Assembly: GCF_039654945.1 (NCBI RefSeq)
Contig: NW_027361723.1
Location: 3,162,001-3,226,000 of the forward strand
Direction of reading: 5' to 3'
DNA: 64,000 bases
Source of the DNA: Dendrobates tinctorius
Taxonomy: Eukaryota
Shown here: positions 12,871 through 25,680 of the stretch, in pieces
Layout of the letters: the number at the start of each line of letters is the position of its first letter
How positions within the stretch are numbered: the stretch's first letter is position 1
Notes under the pieces: model-generated
Database searches by the model: none
What the model was told of the DNA's origin: nothing
Seen by the model: only the letters and a program-made list of their open reading frames with translations
Made by a program: the position numbers and the translations under genes

Positions 12871-13625
12871 GTATTCTATGAGATGGCTGCATTATATTCT
12901 ATGAGATGGCTGTATTATACTATGTGAGGGGGCTGCTTTATATTCTATGAGGGGGCTACCCCAACTCCTGCTACATAATTAAGACATGTACAACCTTATA
13001 TTATACCCGGATATTAGCGTGTTTTACCGCATAATTGGTGGTCTGGTATTTAACTCTATGCAGCTACATAGTGGGCCCCAAGAATGATTTTCTCTGGTGG
13101 GCCCAAGGTGTTCCAGTCCGACGCTGCTCGTACACATACGGCTCAAATCCATACACCTTGCACACACGGCTCCACTCCGTACACAAACAGCTCCGCTCCT
13201 CCGTACACCTCATACACACACGGCTCTGCTACATCCACCCTGTAAATCAATCCTGAGCCCACACAGAAACTTCACCTCATCCAGCACCATGACAACCAGC
13301 ACAGCAGAGCCCTGTGCTGAAGCCCGTGATCATGTGACCCCCTGACTCCGCCCCTCTTGTGACCTCATCACAGGTCCTGTGCGCACAGAAAAGCTCAGGA
13401 CGACATTGCTGGCTGTGAGGTGGGGGGCGCACTGCTGGCACCAGGTCCCTCAGCGGCCGGGCACCAGTGTAGGGAGATCGATTCTCCCTGCTCTGCTGCA
13501 GAATGTAACTGTATGGGTGCGCTGTGCACGCCGATACAGTTACAGTAGCATAGCTCAGTGGGCCCCTCAGAGTTCGGGGCCACTGCCCCCTCTGCCCCCC
13601 CGGTAGCTACGCTACTGAGCAAATC

Positions 13626-14468
13626 CCAATGAGGTGATTATTATGGGGGACTTCAACTACCCCGACATTGACTGGGAAACTGAAACCTGAGGATCTCAGA
13701 AAGGAAACCAATGTCTGTCAGTGACCGAGGATAATTATCTGTCACCACTTGTGCAGGGCCCAACTAGAGGGACGGCCCTTCTGGACTTAGTGTTAAGCAA
13801 CAGGCCAGATAGAATAACAGAAGTCCGAGTGGATGGCACCGAGGGAACAGTGACCACAATATAACACAATGCCACTTGTCCTTCAGTAAGGCGCCCTGGA
13901 AGGGGGCTACGAAAACGCTGAATTTCAGGAAAGCAAAGTGTGAGCAGCTTAGAGAGGACCTTCCCCGAATTGATTGGGACAATGTCCTCAAAAATAGGAG
14001 CACAGAAAATAAATGGGAAACATTTAAATCCGTTTTACACACCCACTGCGAGCTAGCCATACCGTACAGAAATAAAAGGGCTAGGAACAGGAGAACACCA
14101 ATGTGGCTAAATAAGGATGTAAAAAGGGCAATAAAGAACAAGAACAAGGAATTTAGGAAGCTAAAACAAGAAGACAATGAAGAAGCATTAAAAAGTTATA
14201 GAGAAAAAATAAAATGTGTAAAAAACAAAACCATTTAGCAAAAGTGGAAACTGAGAGACACATTGCTAAGGAAAGTAAAACAAATCCCAAACTATTATTT
14301 AATTATATAAACAGTAAAAAGATTAAAATTGATGGTGTCGGCCCTTTAAAGAACAATGAGGGTGAAATCATAGAGAGCGATGTTGGAAAAGCAAATGTTT
14401 TAAATACTTTTTTCTCAACAGTGTTTACACAGGAAAAGGATTTGCCAGGGGAAATGCAGAGTGATAAT
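13626..14468 (+). mobile_element. Host CR1 ORF2, part 2 (endonuclease C-terminus and linker), decayed
   Basis: IMGDFNYPDIDW, LDLVL, SDH, LNFRKA, KTNPKLLFNYI, LNTFFSTVFT; stops and frameshifts. Confidence 0.9.
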
Positions 14469-17314
14469 TAGAGTTGAGCGATACCGTCCGATACTTCAAA
14501 GTATCGTATCGGATGGTATCGGCCGATCTTTAAAAAAAAGTATCGGTATCGCCGATTCCGATACCGGAAGTCCCATTCAAGTCTATGGGACTTCCGGTAT
14601 CGGAATAAGAAAAACCCTTTCCTGCCCTTGTACAGCCTCTCTGGGGTCTGTATGGGCCTTTCGGGGGGCTGTGCCGGCCTGCCAGGGGGTCTGTGCAGGC
14701 TCCGGTGGTCTGTGCCGGCCTGCCGGGGGGCTGTGCAGGCTCCGGGGGGCTGTGCCGGCCTGCCGGGGGGCTGTGCCGGCCTGCCGGGGGGCTGTGCCGG
14801 CCTGCCGGGGGGCTGTGCCGGCATCGTCCGATGGGACTACAAGTCCCATCGGGCGATGCCTGCTACCATGACAGTGATTGACACATTAGCCAATGATGGG
14901 ACAGTAGTAGTCCCATCATCCGGCTAATGTGTTAAATGTAAAAAAAAAAAAAAAAAAAAAAAATTACATGCTACATACATACAACATGCATACTACATAC
15001 ATGCTACATTCATACTACATACTACATACATGCTACATTCATACTACATGTATACTACATGCATGCTACATACATAACACATATATACTACATGCATGCT
15101 ACATACATACTACATGCTACATACATACCATATACATACTACATGCATGCTACATACATACTACATGCTACATGCTACATACATACTACATGCTACATAC
15201 ATACATACTACATACATACTACATGCATACTACATACATACTACATGCTACATACATACCACATACATACTACATACAATACATTCATACAATACATACA
15301 TAGACATACAGTACATATAACATAGAGTAACATACTTACCAATACTTGTCACATTGTTCCCCGAAGCCATTGTCGTCTACGGAATAAATATTAACATAAC
15401 AAACCACAAAAATACTCACCCACGATCCGAAGCAGTCCACGAGTGTGTCCCACGACGATCTTGGGTAGAGAACTGCAGCATCAGCTGTTGCTGCCGTTCT
15501 CTACGGGCTGCAGGAATCCAATGACGGAAGGTAGGTATCCTTCCGCACTGTATTCCTCCGCCACTTAAAAAAAAAAAAAAGAAGTCCCTAGTCTCACTTT
15601 ATGCCATTGCTGTGTGGGAATTTCCCACGCAGCAATGGCATAAAGTGAGACTAGGGACTTTTTTTTTTTTTTTTTTTTTAAGTGGCGGAGGAATACAGTG
15701 CGGAAGGATACCTACCTTCCGTCATTGGATTCCTGCAGCCCGTAGAGAACGGCAGCATCATCTGATGCTGCAGTTCTCTACCCAAGATCGTCGTGGGACA
15801 CACTTGTGGACTGCTTCGGATCGTGGGTGAGTATTTTTGTGGTTTGTTATGTTAATATTTATTCCGTAGACGACAATGGCTTCGGGGAACAATGTGACAA
15901 GTATTGGTAAGTATGTTACTCTATGTTATATGTACTGTATGTCTATGTATGTATTGTATGAATGTATTGTATGTATGTAGTATATATGTGGTATGTATGT
16001 AGCATGTAGCATGTAGTATGTAGCATGCATGTAGCATGCATGTAGTATGTATGTAGCATGTATGTAGTATGTATGTAGCATGTAGTATATATGTAGTATG
16101 TATGTAGTATGTATGTGGTATGTATGTGGCATGTAGCATGTATGTAGTATGTGGTATGTATGTAGCATGCATGTAGCATGCATGTAGCATGCATGTAGCA
16201 TGCATGTAGCATGCATGTAGCATGCATGTAGCATGCATGTAGCATGCATGTAGCATGCATGTAGCATGCATGTAGCATGCATGTAGCATGCATGTAGCAT
16301 GCATGTAGCATGCATGTAGCATGCATGTAGCATGCATGTAGCATGCATGTAGCATGTATGTAGCATGCATGTAGTATGTATGTAGCATATATGTAGTATG
16401 TATGTAGCATGCATGTAGTATGTATGTAGCATGCATGTAGTATGTATGTAGCATGCATGTAGTATGTATGTAGCATGCATGTAGTATGTATGTAGCATGC
16501 ATGTAGCATGCATGTAGTATGTATGTAGCATGCATGTAGTATGTATGTAGCATGCATGTAGTATGTATGTAGCATGCATGTAGTATGTATGTAGCATGCA
16601 TGTAGTATGTATGTAGCATGCATGTAGCATGCAGCATGCATGTAGTATTTATGTATTTTTTTTTTTTTTTTTTAACATTTAACACATTAGCCGGATGATG
16701 GGACTACTACTGTCCCATCATTGGCTAATGTGTCAATCACTGTCATGGTAGCAGGCATCGCCCGATGGGACTTGTAGTCCCATCGGACGATGCCTGCACA
16801 GCCCCCCGGACATCAGCACAGCCCCCCGGCAGGCTGGCACAGACCCCCGGCAGGCCGGTACAGACCCCCGGCAGGGTGCACAGCCCCCCGGCAGGCCGGC
16901 ACAGCCCCCCGGCAGGCCGGTACAGACCCCCACAGGGTGCACAGACCACCGGCAGGCCGGCACAGCCCCCCGGCAGGCCGGTACAGACCCCCACAGGGTG
17001 CACAGACCACCGGCAGGCCGGCACAGCCCCCCGGCAGGCCGGTACAGACCCCGGGCAGGCCACACAGCCCCCCGGCAGGCCGGCACAGCCCCCCGGCAGG
17101 CCGGCACAGCCCCCCGGCAGGCCCGAAATGACGGCGCATCATGATGCGCACACACCGCGCATCATGATGACGTCAGGCCGTCAATCAACTTTGAACTTCC
17201 GATTCCGATGCCGAATTCCGATATTGAAAAAATATCGGAAGTCGGTATCGGAATTCCGATACAGCAAGTATCGGCCGATACCCGATACTTGCGGTATCGG
17301 AATGCTCAACACTA
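14469..17314. mobile_element. Palindromic foldback hAT element, copy 2 (opposite orientation to copy 1)
   Basis: TIR TAGAGTTGAGCG / GCTCAACACTA; 8-bp TSD GTGATAAT (14461-14468, 17315-17322); symmetry centre at 15621. Confidence 0.93.
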
Positions 17315-17322
17315 GTGATAAT

Positions 17323-19045
17323 GTAAACTCCCCATTAAGTATTACCTGCCTAACCCAGGAAGAAGTGCAGAACCGCCTTAGTAAGATTAAAACGGACAAA
17401 TCACCAGGCCCTGATGGCATTCACCCTCGGGTATTAAGGGAGTTAAGTAATGTGATAGACAGGCCTCTATTCCTTATATTTAAAGACTCTATAGAAGCAG
17501 GGTCTGTTCCTTTTGATTGGCGGCAAGCAAATGTGGTACCAATATTCAAAAAGGGGTGTAAAAGGGAACCTGGAAACTATAGGCCGGTAAGCTGAACATC
17601 TGTTGTGGGTAAAATGTTTGAAGGGTTTCTAAGGGAAACCATTATGGAATATCTCAATGTTAATAAATGTTTAACTCCATATCAACATGGATTTATGAAG
17701 GATCGCTCCTGTCAAACTAACCTGATCAGCTTCTATGAGGATGTAAGCTCTCAAATGGACCAAGGAGAATCATTGGATGTCATTTATCTCGACTTCTCTA
17801 AAGCATGTGACACTGTCCCACATAAAAGATTGGTAAGTAAGAGGAGAAAGCTTGGGCTAGGGGAAAATGTGTGTAGATGGGTAGGTAGCTGGCTCAGTGA
17901 TAGAAAACAAAGAGTGGTTATTAATGGGGCATCCTCAGATTGGGCCAGGGTTACTAGTGGGGTACCACAGGGGTCTGTATTGGGCCCCCTACTATTTAAT
18001 ATATTTATTAATGATCTAGTGGATGGCTTACACAGTAACATATCAGTATTTGCAGATGATACAAAAATATGTAAGGGAGTTAACACAAAGGAGGAAAGTT
18101 TGCAACTACAGACAGATTTGAGTAAATTGGAGAATTGGGCTGAAAAATGGCAAATTAGGTTTAACACAGATAAGTGTAAGGTTATGCACATGGGAAGGAG
18201 AAACAGATGCTACAATTACTTACTAAATGGGAAACTGCTGGGGAAATCAGACGTGGAAAAAGACTTAGGCATCTAAGTCATTAAGAAGCTAAATTGGAGT
18301 GCCCAGTGTCAGGCAGCTGCCACCAAAGCAAATAGGGTCATGGGAGGCATTAGAAGAGGTCTGGGGACACGAGATGAAAACATAATTCTCCCTCCGTACA
18401 AATCACTCGTCAGACCACACTTGGAGGATTGTGTGCAATTTTGGACGCCGGTGCTCAAGAATGACATTACTGAACTTGAAAGGGTTCAAAGGCGGCAACT
18501 AAAATGATAAATGGAGTTGGTTCACTACAATACCCAGAAAGGTTATCAAAATTAGGTCTATTTACTCTAGAAAAGAGAAGACTTAGGGGAGACTTAATAT
18601 ATATGTACAAGTATATCAGAGGGCAATACAGAGATCTCTCCAATGAACTGTTTGTACCAAGGACTGTGACAAGAACAAGGGGGCATTCTCTTCGTTTGGA
18701 GGAAAGACAATTTCTGCACCAGCATAGAAGAGGGTTCTTCACAGTAAGAGCAGTGAGGCTCTGGAATTCTCTTCCTGAGAAAGTGGTGATGGCCAACTCA
18801 CTGAATGAATGTAAGAAAGGAATGGAGGCTTTTCTTGTGAGTAACAGTATAGAAGGTTACAAATAACAGAATATTACAGGTAGATGGTTGACCCAGCTTA
18901 GGGGAAGGAATTTTTTTCCCTATGGAGAAAATTGGCTTCTACTCTGTGGGTTTTTTGCCTTCCCCAGGATCAACAATGCAGTAAAAATAGGCTGAACTAG
19001 AGGGACATAAGGTCTTCCTTCAGCCTTCAAAACTATGTTACTATG
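17323..19045 (+). mobile_element. Host CR1 ORF2, part 3 (RT) and 3' UTR, decayed
   Basis: KSPGPDGIHPR, NYRPVS*, QHGF, YLDFSKA, GVPQGSVLGP, FADD; in-frame stops; tail ACTATGTTACTATG. Confidence 0.92.
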
Positions 19046-19375
19046 TAATGTTACTGGTGATCACTGTATTACCTGTACACTGACACTATATACAGAGCTC
19101 CTGTGTATAATGTCACCAGTGATCACTGTATTATCTGTACACTGACACTATATACAGAGCTCCTGTGTACAGTGTCACCAGTGATCACTGTATTACCTGT
19201 ACACTGACACTATACACAGAGCTCCTGTGTATAATGTCACCAGTGATCACTGTATTATCTGTACACTGACACTATATACAGAGCTCCTGTGTACAGTGTC
19301 ACCAGTGATCACTGTATTACCTGTACACTGACACTATATACAGAGCTCCTGTATATAATGTCACTGGTGGTAATA
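19046..19375. repeat. 62-bp minisatellite (~5 units)
   Basis: Unit TAATGTCACCAGTGATCACTGTATTACCTGTACACTGACACTATATACAGAGCTCCTGTGTA. Confidence 0.9.
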
Positions 19376-19989
19376 ACAGTGCTGCTAGTGTCATGGTTTG
19401 CATTCATGATCAGTATGTGGTCTGGAGGTGGTGATATTTCTTCTTGTATGTGGCATTATTGGTCTCGGTATAGTGGACTGTGTTATATATGGCGGTCATT
19501 TTTTCTCTCAGATGTTGATTAGAAGAAGAATTTTAAAGTATATAATCACTAATGGCAATTGGTACACAGAGGCTGAGATGCACTTATAGAATTTCTCCAG
19601 TGAAAAAAGTAATAAATTCAACAGGATAAGCGATAACATACTGATTGATGGGGTCTGACTGCTTGGACTGACACCGATCGACAAAATGTGGAGCTTTGAT
19701 CCCCATTAGATTGGATCTCATGTGAAACTTGATGACTGATCCATTCATTGTCTCAGTGACTGCACTTGTTTTTTCTTAATGCCCCAAAAAGAATGAATGG
19801 AGGTGCGGTCAGACATCTCACCTGCTGCTGCATTTTCAAATGGGGAAAAAACGTCCTCATTCTTCCAATCGGTGCAGTTTCTAATGGTCGGACAGAAGTG
19901 ATCACCTATCCTGTGGAGCCCAGGGATCAGTGAACTTAACAGCAAAGCCACAAAAAGAGGATTGAAAATCCTCCAAAAATTCAAGAATA

Positions 19990-20780
19990 CAGGAGAAAAT
20001 GGTCATCAGTACTTACCTGCCCAGGTCTCAGAACAAACTCCCTCTCAGGATGCAGCAGAGCCTTGTAGTTAAGATGGCGGCAACACAGGTGCAGAATACT
20101 GATGAGACCACTCCCAACCCATGGAGGGGGGATTGTTAGTATTAGATTGCACAGAATCTGCTTGTACAGGGCGCTGGTCACACACAGGTAATGCACGGTG
20201 TCCGGCTTACAGCATATTAGTGACGCCCCTACTATTAGATCAGGCGGCTGAACCCGGAAAAATGAGGTGCAAAAAATACACAGAAACATGTAAGGTATTG
20301 GCCGATATTTTGGCCAAGATATACAAGCTCGCAGCCACGTCAGGGCTCCTCACGCTCGCGCGTCCTAACACTAAACTTAAAAGCAAAGCCACAAAAAGAG
20401 GACGAAAAATTTCTTTGTATTTTTTGCACCTTATTTTTCCGGGTGCGGCAAGGCCCAGAATTTTTGGCCTTGTAAACTGTGGTGTCTGTTCACTTGGGAT
20501 GCATGTAGATAGTGCTGGGCAGCCGCCTGATCTAATAGTCGGGGCGTCACTAATGGGCTCTAATCCGGACACTGTGCATTACCTGTGTGTGACCAGAGCC
20601 CGGTACAAGCAGATTCTGTGCAATGTAAAACTAAGCAATCCCCCCTCCAAGGATTGGGAGTGGTTGTCTCATCAGGACCTGTGTTGCCGCCATCTTTGCT
20701 ATATGGGTCTGCTGCACCCTGTAGTGCATTTGCTCAGAGACCTGGGCAGGTGAGCACTGCTGACCCCTTTCTGCTGTACT
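19990..20780. mobile_element. Old foldback/MITE-like element with ~290-bp imperfect inverted arms
   Basis: 19990-20285 matches the reverse complement of 20412-20780 (e.g. ATTAGTGACGCCCC.ACTATTAGATCAGGCGGCTG); no TSD resolved. Confidence 0.65.
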
Positions 20781-20903
20781 AACCCATGGATCAGTGACAA
20801 CTTGTTTTGACAAAAGAACCCCTTTAATGCAAACTACCGTAATTCTGACCCCAGTTCAGGGGGCGCACAGTAGATGTGTATTACAGTTGACGCTTCACTA
20901 TAA

Positions 20904-21038
20904 GGCTGTGTGCACACGCTGCGGATTCTGCTGCGGTTTGCCATTTGCTCCATTGTAGAGATGATAAACCACAGAGCAATCCGCAATAAATCTGTGCGGA
21001 CAAATCCACAGAGCATTCCGCAGCGTGTGCACTCACCC
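20904..21038. mobile_element. PIF/Harbinger-type MITE (135 bp)
   Basis: TIR GGCTGTGTGCACACGCTGCGGA / TCCGCAGCGTGTGCACTCACCC; 3-bp TSD TAA (20901-20903, 21039-21041). Confidence 0.75.
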
Positions 21039-21649
21039 TAACAGGGATAACAGCTTACATGCATTTGCCTATTACTGTAGGGTGGGCCCCACTATGACCC
21101 TACTCAGAGCCCAAGGCTCCAGGGTCCCATGGCCAGATTGTACCCATCATAAGCCTCATATGGGACAGGGAGGGGCCGCGAGCTGACAGTGTCTGCCCCT
21201 GGGTCACTGTACAGCACTGATCACAGGGGCATTATTGACCAAGGCAACATAATGAACTGTGGATCACCAGGATACAGAGGAAGACAAAATGTCCCGTGAC
21301 GTCACACACCAACTGTATCTGGGGGAAAGGACCCTCTCAAAGACGGGTGAGGGGCGAGATTTTGTTTCTGATCCTCAGATCTGCCACTAGGGGGCAATGA
21401 ATCGCACAGTGCGGCCAATATGTGCGCTAATCTCGCCCCTCCCCCCGTGTGGTCACTGCAGAGAACAGCTCATTACAGGAAGCTAGCAGGAATCCCGCAC
21501 TGTCTGCCGCATAGGAGCTGTCGTCACATCCACCCTCTCGTCTCCACATCCAGATATCACACACAAGGCCCGGATATGTTATTATCACTACACAACTCAT
21601 CACGCATCACTGAGGAGAGAGAAAGAAAGGGGGAGCTGCACACATGTGA

Positions 21650-21752
21650 TCAGCCAATCAGTGAAAGGTGAGGGAGGAGCCGGTAATGCGGCACGCCCCA
21701 TAGTCATCACTGAGTAGTTTTCACTCAGGTCCGCTCACCCTCTATATAAGGA
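21650..21752 (+). promoter_or_regulatory. H4 promoter: CCAAT, H4 site-II-like TTTTCACTCAGGTCCG, TATA
   Basis: CCAAT ~21654, GGTCCG ~21728, TATATAAG ~21742. Confidence 0.75.
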
Positions 21753-21794
21753 GGACTCCGCGCTGGTTTCTACAGTCATCTGAAGATTTCCTGA

Positions 21795-22109
<315 letters not shown>

Positions 22110-22139
22110 TGCGTCTCCGCTCCATCCTCACCCCCCAAA

Positions 22140-22182
22140 GGCTCTTATCAGAGCCGCCCACATCTACTAAGAAAAAGCTATG
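22140..22182 (+). terminator. Histone 3' stem-loop and purine-rich HDE
   Basis: GGCTCT-TATC-AGAGCC at 22140-22155, then AAGAAAAAGCT. Confidence 0.93.
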
Positions 22183-22594
22183 ATCTCCGCTGTGTGATGT
22201 GGCCACGGAGGGAGATTGCGGGTATTTTGTGGTGTTATGTGACATCAGCGGTTAAAACAGATGGTTACCTGGATATACAGCGCTATATGGGTCATGAATT
22301 GCTGTATGGATGAAATATCTAGAGCGCTTTATAGAGGCTACATCACAGTATAGATATTTACTGCACTCTGAGGGTACACTGCAGTGTATTAATGGGAGTC
22401 GTAGCTATATAGCGGGTATTGAGCATTAAATGGCCGCAAACAGCCATTTTTTTTTTTTTTTTTTATCTAGTTCTATATGGAAGGTTTACAGCTGTGTGTG
22501 GGGGTTCTGCATTACAGGAGGTTTGCAGCCCTGTACACAGCAGTATATCGAGCTTCACAGCGCTATTTAGATGAATACAGCACTATAGGGGGTG

Positions 22595-22650
22595 TTAATG
22601 ATTCTCCGCTCCATCCTCACCCCCCAGGCTCTTCTCAGAGCCGCCCACAT
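22595..22650 (+). pseudogene. Orphan H4-type 3' UTR and stem-loop with no coding sequence
   Basis: TTAATG..CTCCGCTCCATCCTCACCCCCC-AGGCTCTTCTCAGAGCCGCCCACAT is nearly identical to 22106-22163. Confidence 0.8.
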
Positions 22651-23729
22651 GTGTCCTGGAGAAGCGACAATTCCTGGTATCGGATGATTGAGGTGAGGGA
22701 GTTGGGTCAGATCCTATTTCTCAGGATCGGTGTAAATCCAGTGCGGAGCGGTCACATCCTGTACCGGTGACTCTGCGCCCCCTTATTAGTGGCGGCTTCC
22801 CGGTGTCCAGCGCCTGCATCTCATCACTGTCTCCCTCCTCATTTACCATCTACATGTGGACACTGACCGTGACTTCCTGACTGCTCCTAATACCGAGGAC
22901 TGTGCGGCTCCAGCCGGCAGCGCTCTCCTGTGCCGGGGCTGATGGATGCAGCCGGACATTAGCGGCTCGTTCCCCTCATGACGGGGGAGGCTGCTTGTGT
23001 CTTTTCTTATTTATCAGTAACCGGAGCCTGAAGGGAGAACAGAGGGGAAATCCGCCCCCGTAGTGTACAGCGCCGTCATCCGAGCCCGGCGGACCGGAGA
23101 GAGGACTGGAGATGACGCAGGTCCGGAGCCGGTGTATTGCGGAGTGTGGGAGCTCCATCCTCCAGAGGAGGAGACGTCTCGCATACAAGATGCCTACATA
23201 AAATATCCATAACTGTGATTGGTGAGATAATGAGCAGCCGGCACCGGTCTGGGGAGTGAGGGGTTAATACAGTCTCACTTTACCGCAAGGTCCACAGGAA
23301 TAATGGCCGCTCACTCCTGACAGTGATCGGGAAATGGTGTCTCTTCCACAAGCAGAGCACAGTCACTGAAGGGTTAATGATCGAGCGCCGAGAACACGAC
23401 TGAGCGGGAGATTCAAATCATCAAACGGATCTAAAGCCCCGCCCACAGGAATCGACCAATCACCGTGCTTTCTCCTCCGTTTAACCCCTTATTGCTCCTG
23501 TGTCTGCTGCTCGTCATTTCCCCGTGCTCAGCACATCGGGCTCCTCCTGGTAGAACATGTGCGGATTGTATCATCCGATCTGTGCTGGATGCGGAGCCCA
23601 CACGGAGCCGCCCTTGTATAAGGTTACCAGTTCTCCGTGTGGCGTCCGCTCCGATCACTGCTGGAAGCGGAGTTGACACAGATCAGCCCTGGAGCTGCGG
23701 GCACTAGGATTGCAAAAATATACACCCCC

Positions 23730-24250
23730 ACTACGGTGCTGTACATCCACCATCCTCCCTACTAGGTGGTATACAGCACTACAAAGGCTACATGTGCTGT
23801 ATACTCCCCATCTAGTGCTGCATTTCTCCTCTATAAACCTGTGTCATCTACAGAACACCCGCATATAGTGCTGGATACCCTCCATATAGTAACTGAGGAT
23901 AAGGTAGTGCTGATACCTACATATATCGCTGTATGCCCCCATATATAGCTAAATACTCTCCAGAAAGTGCTGTGGGCCCTCCATATTGTTCTTTATCCCA
24001 TCATATATCGCTGTATACCCCCATGTAGTGCTGTAAGCTGCCAAATACTGTTATGTACCGACATATTGTGCTGTATAACCTTCAAGTAGTATTGTATACC
24101 GCCATATAGTGCTGACAACCCTCCATATAGTATCGTAGTCTAGAATATAGTGCTGTATACTCCCCTTATATTAGGGTACACCCTCATTGACGGCTGTACT
24201 CCCCCATAGAGGGACGCGTACCCTCCATATAGCGCTGTATATTCCACACA
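23730..24250. repeat. Degenerate ~21-bp tandem repeat (ATATAGTGCTGTATACCCYCC-like)
   Basis: Recurrent TAGTGCTG/ATATAG..TGTATAC motif; a related reverse-strand tract lies at 22265-22590. Confidence 0.6.
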
Positions 24251-24868
24251 TCAGATATTGTGGACTCCGCGCTCCTGATCCACAAGCCCACACACTGGAT
24301 ATATATAGGCCAGAAGCTGCAGGGAGCGGAGCCGCCGTCTGTGTCTCCTTCCGACCTCTCAGCAGCTCCAGGTCGTTCTCCCATCGTCCAATCAGCTTCC
24401 TGCACGGTACAGATTGTGGTACAGATCCCTGTGATAGTGACAGGTGCCGGGAACAGAAGGAGCGAGCTCCCGCAGCAGATTCATCTTCCCCGATACAGAA
24501 TGATGTGCGGCCAGGAGGACTATGGGGAGATTCCGGGGCTCTTCCCGGCTCCTTCCTGCCTCCTCCGCCAGTGACGGCTATAGACATGTGGGGGAGATGT
24601 CAGTGAGGAGGAGGACACTGACACAGCGGCTCTGCTGCCCGGTCCTGACCGGTAATGGTCGCTTATCCCGGGCAAGGAAGCACAAGGGGAGAGCGGAGCT
24701 TCACCTGGCTCAGACAGGAGGGGCGGGGCATGTGACCAGTGTCAGCCAATAGAAGCTCAGGAGGGGCAGCCAATCAGTGCGCAGTGTGACTGTATATATT
24801 TGAGGCGGCTCCTGCTTCGGCTTTTGTAATTTTTCTTTCAGCACTTTGTGTTTGTTCTTGATTATATG

Positions 24869-25489
24869 ATGGCAGAGACCGCGCCAGCCGCCGCTCCTCC
24901 TCCTCCTGCCGAACCGGCCACCAAATCCAAGAAGCAGCCGAAAAAATCCTCCGCAGGGGGCGCCAAGAAGAGCAAAAAGCCTTCTGGCCCCAGCGTGTCC
25001 GAGCTGATCGTCAAAGCCGTGTCTGCTTCCAAGGAGCGCAGCGGGGTGTCTCTGGCCGCCCTGAAGAAGGCTCTGGCTGCTGGAGGGTACGATGTGGAGA
25101 GGAATAACAGCCGCCTGAAGCTGGCCGTCAGGGGTCTGGTCACCAAGGGCGCCCTGCTCCAGGTTAAGGGCAGCGGCGCCTCCGGGTCATTCAAGCTGAA
25201 CAAGAAGCAGGAGACCAAGGACAAGAAGAAGCAGGCGCCTGCAGCCAAAGCCAAGAAACCAGCAGCCAAGAAAGCTGCAAAATCCCCGAAGAAGCCCAAG
25301 AAGAGCCCGAAAAAGGCCAAGAAGCCCGCAGCGGCCAAAAAAGCAGTTAAGAGCCCCAAAAAGCCGAAGGCTGCTCCGAAGCCCAAGAAGGTGACAAAGA
25401 GCCCCGCTAAGAAGGCGGCGAAACCCAAAGCTGCCAGGAGTCCGGCTAAGAAGGCGGCTAAAGCCAAGAAGCCCGCGGCCAAGAAATAA
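24869..25489 (+). CDS. H1: Linker histone H1 (replication-dependent, 206 aa)
   Basis: MAETAP.., globular domain [42 protein letters not shown]-rich tail; CCAAT x2 and TATA upstream; alternative ATG at 24866. Confidence 0.98.
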   Translation: MAETAPAAAPPPPAEPATKSKKQPKKSSAGGAKKSKKPSGPSVSELIVKAVSASKERSGVSLAALKKALAAGGYDVERNNSRLKLAVRGLVTKGALLQVKGSGASGSFKLNKKQETKDKKKQAPAAKAKKPAAKKAAKSPKKPKKSPKKAKKPAAAKKAVKSPKKPKAAPKPKKVTKSPAKKAAKPKAARSPAKKAAKAKKPAAKK

Positions 25490-25518
25490 GCGGAGCCGCC
25501 CTGTCCTCATCCCACAAA

Positions 25519-25680
25519 GGCTCTTATCAGAGCCACCACCTCCTCACTGCAGAGCTGTATGATCAGTGCCACCACCTCCTCCCTGCAGAGCTGTATGATC
25601 AGTGCCACCACCTTGTCCTCAGCAGACCTGTATGATCAGTGCCACCACCTCCTCCCTGCAGAGCTGTACGATCAGTGCCA
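25519..25680 (+). terminator. H1 stem-loop followed by four tandem ~36-bp copies of the cleavage-site/HDE segment
   Basis: GGCTCTTATCAGAGCC at 25519-25534; unit CACCACCTCCTCCCTGCAGAGCTGTATGATCAGTGC x4. Confidence 0.9.

Larger units (their letters stand above)
8454..13126. mobile_element. Second non-autonomous hAT-type element nested in the outer one
   Basis: Perfect 14-bp TIR CAGCGTCGGACTGG / CCAGTCCGACGCTG; 8-bp TSD CTCGTACA (8446-8453, 13127-13134). Confidence 0.92.
3271..13617. mobile_element. Non-autonomous hAT-type DNA transposon (outer), inflated by nested insertions
   Basis: Imperfect TIR CAGAGGTGTAGCTA / TAGCTACGCTACTG; 8-bp TSD AGCAAATC at 3263-3270 and 13618-13625. Confidence 0.9.

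Noticed and set aside
19580-19920. Possible old MITE (GGGGTCTGACTGC..CACCGATC / GATCACCTATCCTGTGGA)
   Set aside because: Too degenerate to define termini or a TSD
24862-25482. 206-aa antisense ORF over H1 (similar ones over H3, H4 and H2A)
   Set aside because: Expected by-product of histone codon bias
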